33,161 bases of DNA, taken from Rhodothermales bacterium. Lineage in GTDB: Bacteria > Bacteroidota > Rhodothermia > Rhodothermales > VXPQ01. Made by a program: the position numbers and the translations under genes. Positions within the stretch are counted from its first letter, which is position 1; each line of letters begins with the position of its first letter. The stretch is from assembly GCA_040904565.1 (NCBI GenBank), contig JBBDTI010000058.1, positions 29,711 to 62,871 on the forward strand, written 5' to 3'. A model generated the notes under the pieces. The model searched no databases. It saw only the letters and a program-made list of their open reading frames with translations, and was not told where the DNA came from. Positions 26,983 to 33,161 of the stretch are shown one piece after another.

Positions 26983-27017
26983 ATGCAAAATATTTTACAT
27001 AGCCGTACGTTACGGCT
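26983..27017. promoter_or_regulatory. Candidate BlaI-family operator region
   Basis: Near-perfect 18-bp palindrome ATGCAAAATATTTTACAT (26983-27000, one mismatched pair), followed directly by AGCCGTA-cgt-TACGGCT (27001-27017). AT-rich patch just upstream of the repressor gene. Confidence 0.6.
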
Positions 27018-27038
27018 GGCCTAAGGATAAAAACGAGT

Positions 27039-27455
27039 GTGACGATGGTGAACGACCTGCTTCACTTGCATCTGAGTAGACGCGAGAGCCAGATCATGGA
27101 CGTGCTGTTCCGTCTCGGCGAGGCGAGCGTCTCTGACGTGGTTGCAGGCATGCCGGACGATCCATCGTACAATACGGTCCGGGTAACGCTCGGCATCCTG
27201 GAGAACAAGGGGTACGTTCGCCATCGGGAGGAGGGGCCGCGTTACCTCTACTCGCCGGCGCAATCGCTCGAGCAGGTGAAGCGATCCGCTACGCGGCATC
27301 TGCTTCAAACGTTTTACGAGGGGTCGCCCTCTCGCGCGATCCTGAGTCTGCTGGGTATGTCGGCGAAGGCGCTGAGCGAGGAAGACCTGGACGAGATCGC
27401 CGGTTGGATCGAGGCGGCCAGGGAACGGGCGGAACGAACCAACGAGACGAATTAA
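27039..27455 (+). CDS. BlaI/MecI/CopY-family transcriptional repressor
   Basis: Motifs LSRRESQIMDVL, PSYNTVRVTLGILENKGYV.H..EG.RYLY.P and LLQTFYEGS. Lies directly upstream of an M56 peptidase. Confidence 0.93.
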   Translation: MTMVNDLLHLHLSRRESQIMDVLFRLGEASVSDVVAGMPDDPSYNTVRVTLGILENKGYVRHREEGPRYLYSPAQSLEQVKRSATRHLLQTFYEGSPSRAILSLLGMSAKALSEEDLDEIAGWIEAARERAERTNETN

Positions 27456-27465
27456 CTTTCCGGGA

Positions 27466-29703
27466 ATGGAGATACTGCCATCCTATACCGCGTTTGTTAC
27501 CTACGGCGTCTCGCTTTTTTTGAAGGCGAGCGTCATCCTGGCGGCAGCATGGTTCCTCTCCGGGGCGCTTCGACGGCGTTCCGCGGGCCTCCGGCACGTG
27601 CTCTGGAGCACGGCGTTTGCGGCGATTCTGGTGCTGCCGCTGGTTTCGGCATGGATGCCCGCGATCGAAGTCGACGTCTCACACTTCGAGACATTAAAGC
27701 AGCGCGTCCTTACCACGTCTAAGACGGTAAGCGGAAACGCCGTCGAAATGCCTATCGCCACCGGTGATGGCACGAGCCGGCTCGTCGAAACGCCCGTGCG
27801 GCAGTCCGATATCGAAGACGAGGTCGCGGCCGTTCCCGTACGATCGAGGAACGGTGTGGTCTATGCCTTTTTCGTCTGGCTCGCGGGTGGGGTTGGACTC
27901 GCGGCCGTGTTTCTGATTCATCTGGCGCGGATTCGCAGCGTAACGAGAAATGCCGTCTCCAAACAGTGTATCGATCAGGTGGCGGCGGCGGTGTGGACTG
28001 AGATTGGGCATGTGCGGGAGACGCGTGTTCTGGTTGGCCAGGTCGAGATGCCGGTTACCTGGGGACTGTTTCGCCCCGTAGTCCTCCTGCCCGTCGAGGC
28101 GATCGAATGGGACGAGCGCAGACTGCGCATGGTGCTTATGCACGAACTGGCCCACATTCGCAGGAGGGACTACCTGCCGCACCTCATCGCTGAACTTTCC
28201 TGCATCGCTTACTGGCCGAACCCGCTCGTCTGGGTCGCTCGGCACCGGCTGCGTGCCGAGCAGGAGCTGGCGTGCGACGACGTCGTGCTTCGCGCAGGAA
28301 CGGCTTCGCATGATTATGCCGCATTGCTTCTCGACGTCGCGCAGTCCGTCTCCGGCCGCGAATTGCTGCCTGGCGGCATCAGTATGGCGGAGCGCAAGGG
28401 GCTGAAGGCACGTATCCGGTCGATTCTCGATCCGGAAGTGGATCGCCGTGCCGTTTCCGTCGCTGCGTTCGCAGTCATACTCCTTGTCGTTGCCGTTCCC
28501 GCGCTGCCGATGGCGGCGCTTCGTTCCGTGGACGCGGCGCAGGACGGTAGCGAGGAGCGGGATCCGTCCGCTTCACGTGTAACGGATGCGTCTGTGGAGC
28601 CGGGCGAATCGTCCGGCTCGGATCCGTTCGAGGATGGCTCGGAACGCTCCGGCACATTCCCAAACCCCGCCGATCCGTTGCATGATTCGCTGTCAGATGC
28701 CTCGCGCGGTTCTGTTCCCGAGGCGGCGTTTACGCTTACCGCGGAGGCCGAGAGAGGCCGTATCGTCGAGCCCATGACGGTTCGCAACGATGAGCGGGCC
28801 TCCGGCGGCCGATATGTGGTCGTGCCGGACGGCCCCGGCAACGATCCCCCCGAAGGCGGTCCGGGGCGCGTTGAATTCGACGTCGATCTGAAAGAGGCTG
28901 CCGGTCGTGCCGTCTGGGCGCGGGTAATCGGTGACAGGCATAATGATAATTCGTTCTACGTGTCCGTCGACGGCGGTGGAGCATTCCGATGGGATCTCGT
29001 AGATCCGAAGGATGGGGACACGATCGATGAGTGGACGTGGTTGATGGTGGCCGATCGTTCCGGTAAACCGCTGCAGCTCGAATCCGGCGTTCATGCGCTG
29101 ACCTTCCGGAATCGAGAAGACGGAAGCCGCCTCGATGCCGTATTCGTAACGAGCGATCCCGACCTGGTCCCGAGAGGACGTTCGCCGCTCCCTCCGCCGG
29201 CGCGAACGGTTTCGTACGCCGTCGAGGCCGAATCCCCGGCCGAGATCGTGCCCCCGTTCGAGGTTCGTACCGAAGAGAATGCGTCCGGCCGGTACTTCGT
29301 CTCCGTAGCTGACGGATACGTAAGCCGGGGCGAGCCCCCCGTGGATGGACGCCTCTCGTATCCCGTCGAGGTGCCCGAAGGAGGGCGTTTCGTCGTGTGG
29401 GCCCGTGCCATGGGGCCCGATAGCGACGAGGATTCTTTCTGGATCCGCGCAAATGAGGAGGATTGGGTACGGTGGAACGGTATCGAGGATGACGATGAGT
29501 GGGAATGGCAGCTGGTGCATGACTCAGATGACGGTGGAGAGATTGCCGTATTCCCCCTTCGCGCCGGCAGTAACGTGATTCAACTTGCCTACCGGGAGGA
29601 CAACGCGCGTCTCGACCGGATCGTCATTACAAACAATGTATACCAGCACCCCGCTACCGGCCGAAATCATGCCTCCGGCGTTTCCGTGACCTTTCGAGAA
29701 TAG
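27466..29703 (+). CDS. M56 (BlaR1/MecR1-like) membrane metallopeptidase with two tandem C-terminal carbohydrate-binding-like beta-sandwich domains
   Basis: N-terminal TMs (RRRSAGLRH.LW), P.TWG.FRPVVLLP, zinc motif HELAH (28141-28155), EQELACDD.V, YA..LL and LKARIRSIL. These are followed by a TM helix, an S/E/P linker and two ~150-aa repeats beginning AEAE/VEAE. Confidence 0.88.
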   Translation: MEILPSYTAFVTYGVSLFLKASVILAAAWFLSGALRRRSAGLRHVLWSTAFAAILVLPLVSAWMPAIEVDVSHFETLKQRVLTTSKTVSGNAVEMPIATGDGTSRLVETPVRQSDIEDEVAAVPVRSRNGVVYAFFVWLAGGVGLAAVFLIHLARIRSVTRNAVSKQCIDQVAAAVWTEIGHVRETRVLVGQVEMPVTWGLFRPVVLLPVEAIEWDERRLRMVLMHELAHIRRRDYLPHLIAELSCIAYWPNPLVWVARHRLRAEQELACDDVVLRAGTASHDYAALLLDVAQSVSGRELLPGGISMAERKGLKARIRSILDPEVDRRAVSVAAFAVILLVVAVPALPMAALRSVDAAQDGSEERDPSASRVTDASVEPGESSGSDPFEDGSERSGTFPNPADPLHDSLSDASRGSVPEAAFTLTAEAERGRIVEPMTVRNDERASGGRYVVVPDGPGNDPPEGGPGRVEFDVDLKEAAGRAVWARVIGDRHNDNSFYVSVDGGGAFRWDLVDPKDGDTIDEWTWLMVADRSGKPLQLESGVHALTFRNREDGSRLDAVFVTSDPDLVPRGRSPLPPPARTVSYAVEAESPAEIVPPFEVRTEENASGRYFVSVADGYVSRGEPPVDGRLSYPVEVPEGGRFVVWARAMGPDSDEDSFWIRANEEDWVRWNGIEDDDEWEWQLVHDSDDGGEIAVFPLRAGSNVIQLAYREDNARLDRIVITNNVYQHPATGRNHASGVSVTFRE

Positions 29704-29721
29704 TCCCAAGCCATAGATTCA

Positions 29722-31023
29722 ATGAGTGGATTTTTCACTATGCCTTCGTGCAAAATTCTTTACAGAGGCATCGTTCAATGCGCCGCTGTGCTGGCCTGTA
29801 CCGCGTTGTGGTGGAGCGTGGTAGGTTCGACGCCGGCGTCCGGTCAGGCGATGGAGGGTGCACCGGAGCGACTCGCTATCTTTCTTGATTGCGGCTGGTG
29901 CAATCAGACGTTCATTCGGCAGGAGATGACCTACGTCGACTACGTGCGAGACCGGGAGGGGGCCGACGTGCACGTCCTCGTGACGGACGTGAATACGGCC
30001 GCCGGTGGGGAGGCCTTTACGTTCGACCTCATCGGTCGGGGTGTCTTCCAAGGGATGGACCATACGGCCCAGTTTACATCCGAGGCGGGCGCTACGCAGG
30101 ATCAGGAGCGCCGCGGGTTCTTACGGACGCTGCAGGTGGCCCTGGCTCCATACCTCATCCATACGTCGGTGGGCCCGCGTCTCGCACTCCAAGTCGGCGA
30201 CGGGAACGGATCGGTAGATACGCAGCCTGCAGACGATCCGTGGAATAACTGGACGTTCGAAGTGTACGGCGACGCATGGGCGAACTTCGAATCGTCCCAG
30301 CAGTCCTTGCGCGCGCGTTACGGCCTATCTGCCGAGCGAGTCACGGAGGAGTGGAAGATTCGGCTCAGACCATTCTTCAATTACAACTTCGACGAGTTCG
30401 AGCGGAACGATGAGACGATAACGAGCACCTCGCGACGTGACGGGTTCGACGCCTACGTGGTCAAGAGCCTGGGTCCGCACTGGTCGGCGGGCCTCTTCGG
30501 AGACGTATACACGTCGACGTTCAGCAATATCGACCTGCGGTATCGAGGCATGCCGGCGGTCGAGTACAGCGTATTCCCCTATCGTGAAGCGACGCGACGG
30601 CAGCTGACCTTCACCTATCGCGTCGGAGGAATTCACGTCACGTACGCCGATACGACGATCTTCAACGAGATTTCCGAGGTATTGCCCGAGCACGCCTTCA
30701 ATGCGGCCTACGAAGTGACGCAGCCGTGGGGAGAGATCGACATCGGCGTCGAGGTCTCGCAGTATCTCCACGACACAAGCAAGTACAGCGCCGAATTCGG
30801 GGGCGACGTCGAAGTGCGTATCACGCGAGGGCTCTCCGTCGAGTTCGGTGGCGACGTCGAGTGGATCAAGAACCAGCTGAACCTGCCCAAAGGGGATGCC
30901 AGTCTGGACGAGGTGCTCCTGCGGCGGCGCCAGCTGGCGACGAACTACGAATTGAGTTTTCAGTTCGGGTTCAACTATCGCTTCGGATCCATCTACAACA
31001 ACGTGGTCAACACACGCTTCTGA
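29722..31023 (+). CDS. Conserved hypothetical exported protein, probable outer-membrane beta-barrel
   Basis: Signal-peptide-like N-terminus; N-domain FLDCGWC...YVRDR..ADVHVLVT; then DDPWNNWTF and many alternating aromatic amphipathic strands; ends FGFNYRFGSIYNNVVNTRF with C-terminal Phe. Start uncertain (29722 or 29740). Confidence 0.65.
   Translation: MSGFFTMPSCKILYRGIVQCAAVLACTALWWSVVGSTPASGQAMEGAPERLAIFLDCGWCNQTFIRQEMTYVDYVRDREGADVHVLVTDVNTAAGGEAFTFDLIGRGVFQGMDHTAQFTSEAGATQDQERRGFLRTLQVALAPYLIHTSVGPRLALQVGDGNGSVDTQPADDPWNNWTFEVYGDAWANFESSQQSLRARYGLSAERVTEEWKIRLRPFFNYNFDEFERNDETITSTSRRDGFDAYVVKSLGPHWSAGLFGDVYTSTFSNIDLRYRGMPAVEYSVFPYREATRRQLTFTYRVGGIHVTYADTTIFNEISEVLPEHAFNAAYEVTQPWGEIDIGVEVSQYLHDTSKYSAEFGGDVEVRITRGLSVEFGGDVEWIKNQLNLPKGDASLDEVLLRRRQLATNYELSFQFGFNYRFGSIYNNVVNTRF
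29749..29764. promoter_or_regulatory. Second copy of the candidate BlaI operator
   Basis: TGCAAAATTCTTTACA matches TGCAAAATATTTTACA (26984-26999) at 14/16. Flanked by complementary TGCCT (29741-29745) and AGGCA (29766-29770). Confidence 0.5.
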
Positions 31024-31041
31024 GCGGGCCGAGCCCGGTCA
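31021..31041. terminator. Short hairpin between convergent genes (possible weak terminator)
   Basis: TGA-g-CGGGC-cga-GCCCG-g-TCA spans both stop codons; no U tract. Confidence 0.25.
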
Positions 31042-31407
31042 CTCACTTACGCCCGCGTTGCGGAGCCAGTCGCGGACGGCGTGCTCGGGCAGCGCTCCGA
31101 CGAATTCGTCGGCGACCTCGCCGTCGACGAACAGTTTAACGGCCGGAATTCCTCGAACGCCGTAACGCCGCGCGAATTCGGGATATTTGTCCGTGTTGAT
31201 TTTAACGAGACGCCACGAACCCCCGGCCTCCCTGGCCATTTTTTCGAGGGTCGGTCCCAGTACCCGGCAGGGGCCGCACCACGGCGCCCAGAAATCGACG
31301 AGAACGGGCTTGTTGAAGCTCTTCTCGATGACGTCCTTTTGGAACCGGTCGGCCGTATTCGAAGAGGTTGAAGCATTCGAGGAGAACGTATCGCTATTAT
31401 TCGACAT
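31039..31407 (-). CDS. trxA: Thioredoxin
   Basis: Motifs PVLVDFWAPWCGPC and YGVRGIPAVKLF.DG. Overlaps the end of sulP by 11 nt. Confidence 0.88.
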   Translation of the reverse strand: MSNNSDTFSSNASTSSNTADRFQKDVIEKSFNKPVLVDFWAPWCGPCRVLGPTLEKMAREAGGSWRLVKINTDKYPEFARRYGVRGIPAVKLFVDGEVADEFVGALPEHAVRDWLRNAGVSE

Positions 31408-33112
31408 GCGTGGGTTCCTCTTTCTGTTGGGGTTGGTCGGAAGATGAGTCGAAAAACGTGTCTGCGGCTTCGACGGCCTCGTGCACCTCGTAGAAGAAAT
31501 GCTCGCGGCCGATGAGATCGGCGATACCCGCGCGCTCGAGCACGTCGAATACGGGACCCTTTACGCCCGCAAAATATACGCCGACACCGCGTCGACGAAG
31601 TTCGAGGAGGCTCTCCCTGAGCGCATGCGCCGCCGTCGAATCGATCGTGTTCACCGGATAGGCATCGATCACGAGGGCCTTGACGTCATGGTCCGGCCGA
31701 GCAATCTCGCCCAGCCGCTCCTTCAAATAATCGGTGTTTGCAAAATAGTACGAGGCATCCATTCGCAAGATCACCGTGCCCGAGGTGACGAGCGCCTCGG
31801 GGTGGCGATCTACGTTCCGATACGTCATCGTGCCCGGAAGGCGGCCCATCACGGCCGTATGCGGCCGCACACTCTGATGGACGACTGAAACGAGCGAGGC
31901 CACAACCCCCACGAGAATGCCCTGCTCGATGCCGAGCGCGAGCGTGGCTGCGAACGTAATCAGCAGGAGCGTAAGGTCGCGCCGGTCGACCTTCCAGAGA
32001 AACGCCATCTCTTTCCAGTCGAACAGGCCGGATACGGCAACCATGACGATGGCCGCCAGCACGGCGTTGGGCAGATAGTAAAAGAGTGGCGTCAGCACCA
32101 GCAGCGTCAGCGCGATAATGGCCGCGCTCACGACGGCGGCTGCGTTGGTCTGCGCGCCTGCCTCCGCGTTGACGGCCGTGCGGGAAAACCCACCGGTCGT
32201 GGGATAGGCCCTGAAAAATGCTCCGACCACGTTGGCGAGGCCCAATCCGATCAACTCCTGATTGGCGTCGAGCCGGTAACGTCCTCGGCTCGCGTACACC
32301 TTGGCGACGGCGATGGACTCCATGAAGCCGACGAGCGAGATGACCAGTGCCGTGGGAAGCAGCGCGAGGACGTGCTCGAGCGATACGGAAGGTACGATGA
32401 ACCCGGGGAGTCCTTCCGGTACGGTACCGACCACGCGTACGCCCATCGTTTCCAGCCCCCAAACAGCGGTTACCAGTGTAGCCGCGCCAACTACGAGCAG
32501 CGCTCCCGGAAACGATCGTCGCCACCGACGGACCAGCACCAGCGCCGCGATGCTCGCCAGCCCGATCAGCAGCGTGGGAAGGTGGATGGTGCCCGCCTGC
32601 GCCGCGGCACTCGCGATGATGTCATGCACGAAATGAGACCGGTCGATCGAAATGCCGAGCAGGTGATTGAGCTGGCTGAAGCCGATGATCAGTGCGGCTG
32701 CGGACGTGAAGCCTGCCAGCACCGGATGCGAGAGAAAGTTCACCAGGAAGCCGAAGCGCGCCATGCCGAGGATGAACTGTATGAGTCCGACCATCAGCGT
32801 CAGGAGGAGCGTGAGCGCGATGTACTCCTCCGGGCCGGCCGCGATCGGTCCGACACCCGCGGCGACCAGCAGCGACACCATCGCGACGGGTCCGACGGCG
32901 AGCTGCCTCGACGTGCCGAGAAAGGCGTACACGATGAGAGGCATCAGTGAAGCATACAGCCCGTAGATCGGAGGCAGTCCGGCAATCAGGGCATACGCCA
33001 TGCCCTGTGGAATAAGCATGACGCCGACCGTCAACCCCGCCGTCAGGTCACCTTTCAGCCGGTCGCCGTCGTAGTCCCTCAGCTGCCCTAAAAGCGGAAT
33101 GTGTGCGCGCAC
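31397..33112 (-). CDS. sulP: SulP/SLC26-family anion permease with C-terminal STAS domain
   Basis: Motifs GDLTAGLTVGVMLIPQGMAYA, GLPP.YGLY, GTSRQLAVGPVA, NQELIGLG.AN and GGFSRTAVN; STAS segment YFAN...IDSTA. Confidence 0.93.
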   Translation of the reverse strand: MRAHIPLLGQLRDYDGDRLKGDLTAGLTVGVMLIPQGMAYALIAGLPPIYGLYASLMPLIVYAFLGTSRQLAVGPVAMVSLLVAAGVGPIAAGPEEYIALTLLLTLMVGLIQFILGMARFGFLVNFLSHPVLAGFTSAAALIIGFSQLNHLLGISIDRSHFVHDIIASAAAQAGTIHLPTLLIGLASIAALVLVRRWRRSFPGALLVVGAATLVTAVWGLETMGVRVVGTVPEGLPGFIVPSVSLEHVLALLPTALVISLVGFMESIAVAKVYASRGRYRLDANQELIGLGLANVVGAFFRAYPTTGGFSRTAVNAEAGAQTNAAAVVSAAIIALTLLVLTPLFYYLPNAVLAAIVMVAVSGLFDWKEMAFLWKVDRRDLTLLLITFAATLALGIEQGILVGVVASLVSVVHQSVRPHTAVMGRLPGTMTYRNVDRHPEALVTSGTVILRMDASYYFANTDYLKERLGEIARPDHDVKALVIDAYPVNTIDSTAAHALRESLLELRRRGVGVYFAGVKGPVFDVLERAGIADLIGREHFFYEVHEAVEAADTFFDSSSDQPQQKEEPTHVE

Positions 33113-33120
33113 GGCGATTC

Positions 33121-33146
33121 ACATGTTATTACATATTATAACGTGT
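33121..33146 (-). promoter_or_regulatory. sulP promoter -10 (TATAAT) embedded in an inverted repeat
   Basis: Minus-strand TATAAT at 33135-33140, within ACATGTTAT-N8-ATAACGTGT (8/9 arm match). The -35 position runs off the window edge. Confidence 0.6.
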
Positions 33147-33161
33147 CTGAAATTCATGTAT

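Noticed and set aside
27039-29703. Beta-lactam resistance locus (blaI-blaR1-blaZ)
   Set aside because: No penicillin-binding sensor domain, beta-lactamase or PBP is recognisable in the window.
1173-33161. CRISPR array, tRNA/rRNA, IS element, integrase or defence system
   Set aside because: All intergenic gaps are under about 220 nt, with no repeat-spacer periodicity, cloverleaf, terminal inverted repeats, or transposase, nuclease or RT motifs seen.

Overview
GC-rich, gene-dense bacterial window with 24 credible protein-coding genes. The gene families and many lipoprotein/Sec signals suggest a Rhodothermota/Bacteroidota-like organism (inference). No rRNA, tRNA, CRISPR array or mobile element was recognised. 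Positions 1.3-26.8 kb form a large catabolic island for sulfated or uronic-acid glycans and sugar acids. It contains a PQQ-type dehydrogenase, three Cys-type sulfatases, a Tat-exported mandelate-racemase-family enzyme, a GH140-like (apiosidase-like) protein, two tandem GntP permease paralogs flanking a Tat-lipoprotein lactonase, an IlvD/Edd-type sugar-acid dehydratase, a DHDPS-family enzyme, a PhoD-like phosphatase, a PHP-type metallohydrolase, a TRAP transporter, uxaC and a BNR-4 lipoprotein. No SusC/SusD pair is present. The most distinctive element is a three-gene module at 27.0-31.0 kb: a BlaI-family repressor, an M56/BlaR1-type protease whose sensor end is two tandem carbohydrate-binding-like domains instead of a penicillin-binding domain, and an outer-membrane beta-barrel-like protein. 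A 16-bp palindromic motif (TGCAAAATnnTTTACA) occurs both upstream of blaI and at the start of the barrel gene. The window ends with a sulP-thioredoxin pair under a TATAAT promoter embedded in an inverted repeat. All calls come from motif reading by eye; no database searches were run.
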